From NCBI RefSeq assembly GCF_009914755.1, contig NC_060930.1: a stretch of DNA of 64,000 bases. One strand, given 5' to 3'. Source of the stretch: the human T2T-CHM13v2.0 reference genome, Homo sapiens. Positions within the stretch are counted from its first letter, which is position 1. Each line of letters begins with the position of its first letter. A program made the position numbers and the translations under genes. Of the stretch, positions 51,578 through 64,000 are shown piece after piece. The notes below the pieces were generated by a model. That model did no database searches. It was not told the origin of the DNA and was given only the letters and a program-made list of their open reading frames with translations.

Positions 51578-52286
51578 CATATAAGTATTTTTTAAAGCAA
51601 TGATCTCATTCTATACTTTCTTGAGGTGTTACTATCCTATGTGGGTTTACGGTTAAAGTAAACCACTCTTTTCAGCTTCTAGATATGCTTATCAAAATAT
51701 GACATCACAGGAACTATACTTGAAACTGCAATGAAAATTAATAAGGGGTCCTCCACCGAGGAATGGAAAGGCTGCTTTTGTAGTGGCACTGCCTTTCATG
51801 GATACTCCATTTACTTGCTACCTGGACAGAAATTAAAAGAGTTGCAAAATGCTGCTTTAACTACTACCAGAGTTGAAAGCAAGGCTCAGTATTGGGAATG
51901 ATAAGAGCCCAGCCAGTGTGTGGTCTAGCCTCTCAGGTAGAACAAGGAGCTGTAATTTAAGAGAGCCTCTTCCTTTGTTTAACATAAGTATATGTACAGG
52001 AGGATCCCCTGAGCCCCAGAGTTCCAGGCAGCAGTGAGCTATGATCCGGCCACTGCACTCCAGCCGTATGACAAAGCCAAACCCTGTCTCTTTAAAATAA
52101 ATAAATAAATAAATAAAATTTAAAAATAATAAGTATAGGTGGCGTGACAATGAAACTCTTTTAAAGAAAAGGGGAATGAATTATTTAGGAGTTTTATATC
52201 TATCAAGTAGGGAAGTACAAGAAAGTAATATTTTACCTTTGTGAGTAATTATATATTTTATGTTATGTGAATAAATTTACAGGAAG

Positions 52287-52611
<325 letters not shown>

Positions 52612-53458
52612 TTAAAATTAAATTATAAAGGAACCGCCTTTATTGAAATCATTATCTTTATCTGAATTCCATAACTTAAAAATAGCTTTTCCCCCATTCC
52701 CTCCCTCTCAACAGTATGAAAATAAGAAAAAATGTATTGCAGTTTTAAAAGAAAGAAGAAAATATGTATGACTTTAGATTGGAGTCTCAGGAAAGTTCTG
52801 AAAAGAGGGTGGACAAAAGGCTTCAGTATCCTTAGGGCACAGTAAATCTATTTATTCCTCCACCAACTTGAAGCCTAAAGCCAAAACTGTCATGCTGTCA
52901 CATAGACAAACTTCTCAAGACGTAAAGCTGAACTTCTCCTACCTTAAAATGAATGCAAACTACCGAGAAATAGCAAAATACCGAGAAATAACAAACTGAA
53001 GAGTATTTTGCATTTTCAGTACCTCTAACCACAGCGTTTTAGAGCTGAATTTGAAGATAAGCTGAGTAATTTAAACAGGATAAAAGTGTCATTTTCAGAT
53101 TGGATAGAGCAGGAAAATATATGGCTTTTGTTTTCCTTCTGGTTGTTACTTTTTACCGAATCTGGGCAATCTATCTAAAGAGGGGTCATAGTTCTGACCT
53201 CTGGCTTTGTGAGCATATTATTGCACGCACGGTATCAATTGGTCACCTTCTTTTCCTAGCCAGCCCTTGAAGCTGTGTTGGTGGCCTGTGACCTTCCAAT
53301 GCAATCTAGACTGTGGAACTCACTGTGTACTGCGATCCATGGGCAAATGGTGTGTGCAGGAAAAAAAAAAAAATCTTACACTGTCCTCAGTTATTTTTGA
53401 AAATTAAATACAGAATACTTTCCAGGATAATATTGGGCTTTCAAAGATTATCTCTTCT

Positions 53459-53812
<354 letters not shown>

Positions 53813-54294
53813 TCATTTACCTTCTTCATCCCACAGACATTACCAATGGAGAGAGAAAACATCAGGTTTCCTTATCCTTGCCCCTTGAATTCAAGATTAG
53901 ATGAACATCTGAAGATTAGGACACTGTGGAATGTTTGGTACGCAAAGCCCAGCAGATTTGGCGAGGGCTAAATAATTGCTAAGTTAGATGAGCTTTTAAC
54001 TAATTTTTAGAAAAGCTGAACCTTAGAAAGATAGGCCTTTGGTAGCTCATGGTGTGAGGGTCCTGGAGGTACAATGCACTGTGTTGTCAGGGCTCCCTGG
54101 GTTGCTGCTCCCTTTCTGGAGTATGGACAATGCTGGTGTGCCCTGCTCAGAGGGAGATGCTGCTGCTAGTTTGGGGTATCACTGGATGGGCTCTTCAAGT
54201 CATTGTGAAAAGTTTAAGAATAGACTGTAGCAATCAAAGTGTGACCTGAGAGGGTGGAACAGGATTTTTCTCTGGTCAAAATTGATCAGAACTT

Positions 54295-54820
54295 GAATGG
54301 ATAATGAAATTGTGGTATACATACACAATGGAATACTACTCAGCCACAAGAAAGAATGAAATTCTGTCATTTACACCAGCATGGATGAACCTGGAGGATA
54401 TTATGTTATGTGAAATAAGGCAGGCACAGAAAGATAAACACCACACATTCTCACTTACACATAGAAGCTAAAAAGTTGATCTCATTGAAGTAGAGAGTAG
54501 ACTAGTGGTTATTAGAAGATAAAGAGGGTAGGGGAAAGGAGATAGGGTGCAGTTGGTTAACAGATACAGCTAGATGGGTGGAATAAGTTCTAGTGTTCTA
54601 TAGCACTGTAGGGGGACTATAGTTAATAATTTATTGCATATGTTCAAAAAGCTAGAAGAGAGAATTTTGAATGTTCCTGACATAAAGAAATGATAAATGT
54701 GTAGGATGATTGATTTGCTAGTTTGATCATTACACATTTTATGCCATCAAAATATCACTCTGTACCCCATAAATATGAACAATTATGTGTCAATTAAAAA
54801 TATAATAAAATAATCAATAA
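54295..54820 (+). mobile_element. Old L1 (L1MA-like) 3' fragment
   Basis: gaatggataa...aatggaatactactcagcca...atggatgaacctggagga...tgtaccccataaatatg. Confidence 0.8.
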
Positions 54821-55198
54821 AAATTTTAAATAAAATTTGATTAAAATGGACAGAGGTAGAAATTCAGATGATCACCTTTTCTATTCCATGCTACCCAGAG
54901 AACACCAGAAAATCACCCCTTCGAATGGAAGTACAGATGAAGACATGTTTTGATCTCATACTGAAATGTAGGTTAGGAAGACAGTCTGGAGCATAGCGCG
55001 TCCACTTACCAGCTGTCTCTCTCTGCCTTGGGCAAATGAGTTAGCATCCCCATGCCTCAGTTTCCACATCTGTACAAAGATGATATAGGAGTACTTTCAT
55101 CATAAGATTGTTTTGGGGATTAAATGAGGAAATAGATGCATAGCACTTGGACTTGTAAGCTCTGGTAAGTATTATATTAGGATTGTTATTATTATCTG

Positions 55199-55545
55199 TG
55201 TATTAGTCCATTCTCATGCTGTTATAAGGACATACCCGAGACTGGGTAATTTATAAAGGAAAGAGATTTAATTGACTCACAGTTCCATGTGGCTGGGGAG
55301 GTCTCAGGAAACCTGCAATCCTGGCAGAAGGCACCTCTTCACAGGGCAGCAGGAGAGAGAATGAGTGCCGAGTGCAGGGAGAAGCCCAATCAGATCTCGT
55401 GAGTACTCACTGTCACGAGAACAGCATGGGGGAAACCACTCGCCTGATTCAATTACCTCCCACCAGGTCCCTCCCACAACATGTGGGGATTATGAGATTA
55501 CAATTCAAGGTGAGGTTTCGGAGGGAACACAGCCAAACCATATCA
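55199..55545 (-). mobile_element. THE1 (C/D-like) solo LTR
   Basis: TGTATTAGTCC...CCAAACCATATCA ends; 5-bp TSD ATCTG/ATTTG. Confidence 0.88.
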
Positions 55546-56059
55546 ATTTGCCTTTCACATTGTATATAAAATATTTGATTTAAGAGGTTTTCAGTTACTC
55601 TTTGAAATATTTTTATAGAACTTCCATATTTTGCTTCAGGTTGTGGTTGACTCTTCCTAGAAAACATTTTGGAATGTCCTGTCAGGTGGGTTATTGTATA
55701 TTAGTATACATTTACTTGTAATTAAGTTTAGGGGCTTCTGATTGGACTCCTCAGTCATATAGAATTATTTATAGAGCTAACAAATAACTTCCTAGATACC
55801 CCTGTGTATATGTGTTCAGTGACTTATGCATTCAACAAATAGTTATTGAGCACATCCCTAGTGAGCCAGATTGTGTTCTGGACCCTGAGAGTTTAGGACC
55901 TGTCTCATAAGGTCCTCAGGTGGTTATGTTCCAGTAGAGAAGCAAACTATTACCAAGTCAACAATAAATACACATGAGCATTTCAGATAGTGCTAAGGAC
56001 TGTGAAGAAAAGGTAATAGGACAGGGGTGGGTATAGATCCGATGGCCAAGAAAGGGGTC

Positions 56060-56504
56060 TGTATCTGTCTGAGTTCTCCAGAGAAACAAAACCAATAAGA
56101 TATATGTATATAGATATATGAGAGGGGATTTATTAGGGCAATTGGCTCACATGATAATGGATGCTGAGAAGTCCCAGAACAGGCTGTCGGCAACCTGGAG
56201 ACCCTGAGATGCTGGTAGCCTGGCTCAGTCCAAGGCTGGAGGCCTGAGAGCTCGAGGCAGTGGGGAGTACTGGTGTAAGTTCTGGAGTACAAAGGGTGGG
56301 GAGCCTGGAGTTGTTGTTCAAGGACAAGAGAGGAAGAGCATGTATCCCAGCTCCAGTAGATAGATTGACATAGTCTCCTTTTCTCTGTTTTTGTCCTCTC
56401 TGGCTCTCTGGCAGATTGGCTGTGGCCACCGACACTGAGGGAAGATCTTCCCTACCTAGTCCACTCAGACTCACAAGCCAGTCCCTGAAAACACCCTCAC
56501 AGAC
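56060..56504 (-). mobile_element. MLT2-type (ERVL) LTR fragment
   Basis: gttctccagagaaacaaaaccaata...ggctcacatgataatggatgctgagaagtccc...aaacaccctcacagac resembles MLT2. Confidence 0.75.
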
Positions 56505-57790
56505 TGTATTAGGCCATTCTTGACTGCTATAAAGAAATACCTGAGACTAGGTAATTTATAAGAAAACAGGTTTAATTGGCTCACAGTTCTGCAGGCTGTA
56601 CAGGAAGCATAGCAGCATCTGCTTCTGGGGAGGCCTCAGAAAGCCTCCAATCACGGCAGAAAGCGAAGGGGGAGCAGGCACATCACATGGCAAGAATGGG
56701 AGAAAGAGTGGAGGAGAAGTGCCCCACACTTTTAAACCAGACCTCGTGAGAAGTCACTCACCATCACAAAGACAGTACCAAGCCATAGGGATCCACCCCC
56801 AGGACCCAAACACCTCCCAGCCCCACCTCCAGCATTGGGGATTATATTCCAACATGAGATTTGGCAGGGACAAATATCCAAACTGTATCATTTTGACCCT
56901 GGCTGCTCCCAAATCTCATGTCCTTCTCACATTTCAAAATGCTTTCCCAAAAGTCCCCCAAAGTCTTAATTCATTCCAGCATTAACTCAAAAGTTCAAAA
57001 TCTCATCTGAAAAAAGGCAAATCCTTTCCACCTATGATCCTGTAAAATAAAAAACAAGTAAGTTATTTCCAAGATATGGTGGAGATCTATACTGGGTAAA
57101 CATTCCCGTTCCCAAAGGGAGAAATCAGACAAAAGAAGGTGGCTACAGGCCCCATGCAAGTTCAAAACCCAACAAGGCAGTTGTTAAATCATAAAGCTCC
57201 AAAATAATCTCCTCTGACTCCATGTCCCATGTCCTGGGTACTCTGGTGTAAGTGGGCAGCTCTACCCCTGTGGATTTGCAAGGTGCAGCCCCCAGGCTGA
57301 TCTCACAGGCTGGCGTTGAATGTCTGTGGCTTTTCCAGGCACAGGGTGCAAGCTGCCAGTGGATCTACCATTCTGGGGTCTGGAGGACAGTGACTTCCTT
57401 TTCACAGTTCCACTAGGCAATGCCCCAGCAGAGACCCTTTGTGGAATCCCCAACTCCTCATTTCCCTTCCACACTGCCCTAGTAGAGGTTCTCTGTGGGG
57501 GCTGTGCCCTTCCAGTAGGCTTCTGCCTGGACACCCAGGCTTTTCCATGTATCCCCTGAAATCTAGGTGGAGTGTCTGAAGCTTCCATCACTTTTGCATT
57601 CTGTGCATCTGCAGGCTTAACATCATGTAGAAGCTGTCAAGGCTTTCAGCTTGCACCCTCTGAAGCAGAAGCCTGAGCTGTATCTGGGGCCCTTTGCGCC
57701 AAGGCTGGAGCCAAAGTGGCTGGGATGCAGGGAACAATGTCCTGAGGCTGCACGAGGCAGCAGGGCCCTTGACCTGGCCCTCGAAAAAGT
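56505..57790 (-). mobile_element. MST (MaLR) LTR 56505-56890 plus truncated internal sequence
   Basis: TGTATTAGGCC...ACTGTATCA LTR; the internal part is homologous to the THE1 internal region at 21674-22580. Confidence 0.85.
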
Positions 57791-58386
57791 GAAAGAGTGA
57801 TGTTGCCTCTGTGTATCAAATGCAGGCATGGCGGTCCTCACATCTGCCCAAGGTTACAGTCAGGGATAGACTAAGAACAGAACTCAAAGTGGACACATTC
57901 CTGCTTTAGTAATAAATTGCCTACCAGTTTTGTAAAGCTTGGTATATCTTATTTTTCTTTTGACTTTTGTCAAACACAGAAGTAATATAAGTCCCTCGTA
58001 TCCAACTAGCAGCTCCTCAGTTATCAATTCGTGGCCCATCTCATTTCACCTGCTCTTATTTTTTAGTTTTTCATTTTGTAATGCTTGTATTCAACACAGT
58101 GACGTTTAGTAAGTACTATCACGTGCCGGAGATTGTATTCAATGAGTATGTAAAAATGGATAAGAACGTTTCCTTCCTCAGCTTCTCATGATCCAATAGC
58201 AAAGGCACATGTATCCAAAGATTATATAATGTAAGCAATAACTGGCATAAGCCAAAGGTTATGGGAACACAGGAAAGAGAGCAATTAGTGCTTCCCTGAG
58301 CAGTGGAGAAAAGAGTTTGGAGAACTCACAGAGTGAGACTGCATAAAGCGCAGATGGTAAGAGAGATAAAGGTAGAAGAAAGAGTA

Positions 58387-59190
58387 GGCCAGGTGTGGTG
58401 GATCAAACCTGTAATCGCAGCACGCTGGGAGGCCGAGGACAGATTGCTTGAGTGCAGGAGTTTGAGAACAGCCTGAGCAACATAGCAAAACCCCATTTCT
58501 ACTAAAAATACAAATATTAGCTGGGCATGGTGGTGCATGCTTGTAGTTTCAGCTACTTGGATGCTGAGGTGGGAGAATCACCTGAGCCCAGGAGGTTGAA
58601 GCTGCAGTGAGCTGAGATCGCACCACTGCACTCCAGCCTGGGCAATAGGAGTGAAACCCTGTCCCCCTCTGGAGCTCCCCCCAACCCACCCTGCAAAAAG
58701 TAGGTAGAGGAAAGGGCATTAGCGCAAAAGCCTTTTTGGGGCAAGTGATTGAAATGGAGAGTATTTGGAAGCAGTGATAGAGATATAGCTAGAACCATGA
58801 GTTGGGCCACTTTCTGAAAAGCCTTACTTGCTACTCCAGGAACTTTAAATTTTATTTTGTTGGCTTTCTTATTTTAATTTTGTTAAGGGACAGGGTCTTA
58901 CTATGTGCCCAGACTTGTCTTGAACTCCTGGACTCAAGGCTGTCCTCCCACCTCAACCTCCCAAGCAGCTGGGATTACAGGTGTATGCTACCATGCCCAG
59001 CTTAAATTTTATTTTGTAGGTAATGGGGAACAATACGATCCTTTTGAGAAAGAACTGGGTTGGGCGCAGTGGCTCGTACCTGTAATCACAGCACTGTGGA
59101 AGGCAAAGGTGGGCAAATCGCTTGAGACCAGGAGTTCAAGACCAGCCTAGGTAACATAGCGAGACCCCCATATCTAATTAAAAATAAAAA
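58387..59190. mobile_element. Alu cluster (Alu + 58387-58680; FLAM - 58860-59003; FLAM + 59058-59190) in L2-like sequence
   Basis: Alu consensus segments. Confidence 0.82.
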
Positions 59191-60348
59191 AAGATTTTAA
59201 AAACCCCAAGAACTGAAATGATGGAACCAGTATTTTTAAGGATAGTGTGAGCAACAGTGAGGAGCATAGATTTGATGGAGAGAGCCTGGGACAGGGAAAC
59301 CAATTAGGAGACTGGCTGACCAGAGCAGATGAGCATTCGACTGTAGAAGACAGAGTGAAATGCTAGGCAGAGTTGCATAAATGTGGAATTGCAGAAGTAG
59401 GCTGAAGAGCTTGATCACTTAAGGCTTTATGGAGAAGATAACTTTTGACCTTGATCTTGAAAATGAAAACATAGATAGGAAATGAAGGGAAGGAATTGCA
59501 GTATTAGTGAACAGCATGTTCAAAAGCACCGGGCTACAAAAATGCAAGGAATGTTCAGGAACTCACAAGGAGGGAAAGGAAGCCAGCTGGCTGGCTAACA
59601 AGCATACCGTAAAAGTAGTGCCAGCAAAAGATGGAACTTTAATGATTCCAAGACAGGCAGTTGAGGCAGGACTTGGTGACTAATAGGAAATGCTGGATGA
59701 GGGAGAGAAATGAATTGCTAATCTGAGGTTTCTAGACCAAAAATATTTTTAAAGATAGAATATTAAATAAGACAAAGTGCAAAGGCAGGTTAACAAGGAA
59801 AGCTTTGTATAGTTGTGGACATGCTTAGTATATACCTGTGGAACATCTGGGGGGAAGCGCCCTGTGGGCTTTTGGAAATTCAAGTGTAGAAAGTAGATTT
59901 GGAGTCGTCAGCAGGAGATGATGAGAGGCTGAAGCTAATGAAAAAGTGTCTATTTGTTACTGTGCTTTTATAATACAGACGAGGTGTACCAAAATCCCTT
60001 TGTGAAACATCTCCCTCTGCTTGATAAAGGTTAGAGCACGATGCTCAAGAATAGTGATGTTTTCTGTCTTGGTTGCTGTGTAACTTGAATACTATAACCA
60101 GCATCTTTTATATAAGGTTTCCTTATATGCTTATATGTAAACATATATATAAGGAAAGCGTTTATATATGCTTTCCTTAATAATATTTGTAACAGTATTT
60201 TGTTATGACAGAAATTTGTAAACAGTAATTCAGTTGGGGGATATCTGGGGTACCTTTTCATTGTAAACATGACCACGCCTTATTCAGCTCACTGCATGCA
60301 GAATGTGCTCCTAGGCCACAGGCTTATAGTTTCTATTTCTTACTCCAG

Positions 60349-60364
60349 GTTTCATCGTCCATAA
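60349..60364 (+). CDS. PHACTR2: PHACTR2 last coding segment (R)FHRP-stop
   Basis: Acceptor tttcttactccAG ends at 60348, then G TTT CAT CGT CCA TAA; RFHRP* is the PHACTR family C-terminus. Confidence 0.96.
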
Positions 60365-63300
60365 CGAAGAGTGAGACTATTTGGAAACAGAGACTGATCA
60401 TCTTTGGGGGAAGCCCTGCTTCCTGAAAACCTGATATTGCACTGGGATTTGAATGTGTGTGTTTCCGTTTAACTTGTGGTGAAGGAAGTGTGTGACTCAG
60501 CTTGGCTGGGAAGTGCTCCTCACCTGTGTGGCCCAGATGGCTCCAACAAGCAAAAGGAAGGATGCAGTGACTCTTGCTGCCCAGAATGCACAGCGATGGT
60601 AAGAGACACCGTGGATATTCTTCATCAGAAGCTTTAATCAAAGAAGATGAGCAGAAGACAATCACTGGCTCCCTGTTACCAGAAAGCCAAATTTTATAAT
60701 GCGGGTGAAAGAAAAATATAGATTAAAATTGCTGGGCACTGAAAAGGGGTGGGAGTTGGAAATCAGAAAGAAAGAGAAATATTTCATTATGTTAATGAAG
60801 AAAAGAGAAAATTGAAGCATAAATGTATTTTTGAAGTAGTTATTCGGTAGCTGAGAACTTATTAAGGGATTTAGGAATTTAACCTCCTGATGTGGATTCC
60901 TCAAAGACTTGATCGGAGAATACTCTTGTTTCACCATTATGTTGGTACAGTATAGTACCATTATTTTATGTTGTGCCAGTGAATCCAGTTGCCAGAAATA
61001 AGTCTGAATGTTTTCATGCATCTTTTTCTTAAATGCAAGAGCTTCTACTGACTCTTAACAAGCATGCTTACCCAAATTTTGTTGCATGCTTTTAAGTAGC
61101 ATTAGCTATGCACACTTGACATTTTTAAATATCCCTTTCCTAGTGTACCAGCCTTCACAGGATAAGAGGACTGGGAATAAAGTCAGATGTAATGTGACCC
61201 TAGAAAACTGTAGCAAGCTTCAGAAATAAATCTTTTGATCTTTCCCTATCTTGATTAGATCCAAAGTCAAAGCAACCATACTTCACCTAGAGAAGACAGT
61301 ATTGGCAATCATGACACCTGTAATAAAAACTTGAATCCAAAGTCAAAACTTAAGCAAGATACAAATGTGCTGCCTGCAGTTAGTCCTGCATGGGAATAAG
61401 GACTAGTTATTTTTTTAGTGCTGCATTTTTTTAAAGTTGGATTGCTGCTATTTAAAAAAAAAAAAAGGACACAGATCAAAAAAACACCCAAAGGCTTAAC
61501 AGAACATGGAAAGTTCCCACTAAGTTGTGTGTGAGGAAATCCTCATCTTGTATTTTAAGAATCTGCAGATGGCATCCATAGATACAGTACAGTATTTACT
61601 GTCAATGCAAAAGAATCAGTGAGGTTAAAGTAGTGGAAGTTTTCCCTATGAGCCTACAGTCTGTATTGTTTACATTAAGAAACTCTCTATTATTGTGTTG
61701 CTATTTTCCATGGAGTCACAGGCACACTATGACTTCTGCTCCCAAATACATATGACCATATGTAAATACCACCTTGCATTTCATTGTTCTTCACAAGTGC
61801 TTTGTGCCCCTTTAATTAAAAACACATGAAATGAATAACAAAACAAGACCCAAATAGAGTTTATTTTATTCTCAGAGTTTGGACTACAATTTTCTAAGAT
61901 GTTTCTGGTTCAAGACTGTCATTTTCTATTTCAACCGAAAAGTAAGCATTTAACCCGGTGAATAAATGTAGATCCTGCCATTCATTGGTATTTTAAAGAA
62001 CCACTTGAAATCGGATCATTTTATTTAAAAATAAAAAATGTTAATGCCAGTTGGCCTACTATAAAAAGCCAGGACCATGTTAGAATTAGGAAAAGTAACC
62101 AGCATTACTGCACCTCTTGTTAGACTCTGTGCATTAATAAAACACACCTAGAGTCTGTTGTCATTTCACTAATAGGATAAGACAAATTTTTTGCTTTGAA
62201 AAAATTTTTCTGCATGCCCAGGTGTCTGTCTCTGGCTGAGGTTTTGTCTATTTTACAGTGTTTCAATCCAGCCATAAAAATTAACTTGTGATTTTTTTTT
62301 TCCCAAAGTCATGCTTTTCCTTAATTATATTTTTATTTTATTATTTTAGTGTCTTGAGAAAAATACCAAGAGATATAATGTTTCTTTTAATTGTCTATGC
62401 TTAATCATCTTTAAACACTTTTTAAATTTCTAACCACAAGACCTCTCTATAATGGTAAATGTAAGACATCACCATTTTATCACTCAAAGTATGTTATTGA
62501 AAGTTTCTATTTGGTTGATAAAAGGAACAATTTTTTCCCACTTTTGATGCCTGTGATGCAATTTTTTATTGCCTACAATGAGATACACTTAGTACAAAAA
62601 ATGAAAATCTGGTATTTCAAAATTGCATTTCTTGTATAATAGGTCAGATTTATTAACTACTCATACTTTTTCTTTACACTAATCGATACATTTAGAAAAA
62701 ATTTTCTAAGTTAGAGACAAGTTTAAAAGTAAAAAAAAAAAAAAATTAGCCACTGCTAGTCTACTGTTTAGGTAATCGGAATCACCAATTATTTTATTAG
62801 AATGATGGCTTGAGTAAAAAGCTGTGGAAAGAATTAAAGGATTATGAGCTAAGCTGTATTTTGCAGAATATGGTTCTATTTTAGTAGAGCAGAGATGAGA
62901 CATATCCCCACCGGCCACCCAGCCAGAGGTCTCCTACCTGGGGGCCCTAAAGGGATGCAGAGGTCTGGCCCACCCTCCGTGCATAGGCACCTCTGTCCAC
63001 CACCAGCGTTTCAGCAATCCAACCAGTAAGCATATGCTGTATAGGAAAAATAAAAGTGTGTGGGAATTGGATTTCTTTTGTTGTAACACAATTCCAGGTT
63101 TTTGGCTATTTAAAGTTTGACATTAGGCTGACATCGAGGAAGTAAGTGGGTTTTCCTGAGTTCCCAAGATATGATTAAGGAAGAAAACAAACCCATCTCC
63201 AGGAAGATCCCAGGCAGGAAAGAACTAGACAGATGTAGAAACCAAAGTGACCATTTTAGTTTTTTTATTGGAGAATAAAACATTAATATTAGGGTATTAA

Positions 63301-63827
63301 GAAGATGCTCAGCAAGCTTGATCAGAATCTTCATGGTCATTACCAATCAGTCTGACAAAATAGTTCTCTGGTAGTCAGCATTCATTTAAGGCAGCTTGCC
63401 TGATAATTTCCTGTGTTATGTGAAGTGTCTTGCACTTTCACATGTTAGCTATAATTCCTTAAATTACTTAACTGAAATCTGTAATAGAGAACCATTTTGG
63501 CATTTGAACAGCTATTTTACATGGAGAAAAAGCAAACACATCTGTTTGCTTTACCCAGAAAAACTGACTTTCTGGTTTCATCTTCATATTGTTTAGTAGC
63601 ATAATGAGAGTAGTCCTTTATCTTTCTCTAATGTTAGTAAATATATTCTGTTAGTAGGAAGTTCTGAAATTGAAGGGAAAATATATTTAAGGAAATAAAG
63701 GAATTCAATACACCCTTCAAAAGTCACCAAATACTGAAAATAAGAGATGAGTCCTTAAAACCTGAGTCAAAAAAGGTCCAGTTTTACAGCCTGCAATTAA
63801 TTCAGGGCTGCGTTGGCATTAAAAAAG

Positions 63828-63886
<59 letters not shown>

Positions 63887-64000
63887 TATATATACAGTAG
63901 CTTACACTTAAAAGAGGAAAAATTTGCATTAACATTGCATATTCTGATATGTACCATATTAACACATAACAGGCATTTTATTTATGCTTCATAGAATCAG
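60365..64000 (+). other. PHACTR2: PHACTR2 3'UTR (probably continues past the window end)
   Basis: Follows the stop codon; AT-rich and free of Alu/L1, unlike the introns; multiple AATAAA hexamers. Confidence 0.85.
63831..63880. repeat. (AT)25 microsatellite in the 3'UTR
   Basis: Seen directly. Confidence 0.97.

Noticed and set aside
53200-53375. Unique sequence ending in an A13 run as a processed pseudogene fragment
   Set aside because: No poly(A) signal, no TSD and no recognisable parent gene

Overview
This is primate (apparently human) genomic DNA covering the 3' two-thirds of PHACTR2 (phosphatase and actin regulator 2) on the + strand. I could place eight coding exons by hand: 1981-2518, 8932-9131, 10732-10888, 14001-14056, 19896-19957, 25451-25588, 43732-43808 and 60349-60364. 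They splice into one frame encoding the Ser/Pro-rich region, an acidic tract, the three C-terminal RPEL actin-binding motifs and the PP1-binding tail ending RFHRP*. A long 3'UTR follows and runs off the window. One intron (25589-43731) is a non-canonical GC-AG intron. The introns are mostly transposon-derived: about 35 Alu/FLAM pieces, a 5'-truncated antisense L1PA with TSDs, a two-LTR THE1 element, MST/MLT LTRs, and MER75, MER2, Tigger2a, MER58 and MADE1 DNA-transposon remnants. Almost all ORF-track entries are repeat artefacts. No new multi-gene system is evident. The best lead is a candidate 21-nt frame-preserving microexon (17288-17308) followed by an MBNL-type YGCY cluster; it would lengthen the RPEL3-RPEL4 period from 38 to 45 aa, close to the 44-aa MRTF spacing. 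Other leads are candidate alternative C-termini that would remove the PP1-binding tail. Repeat boundaries and subfamilies were assigned by eye and are approximate.
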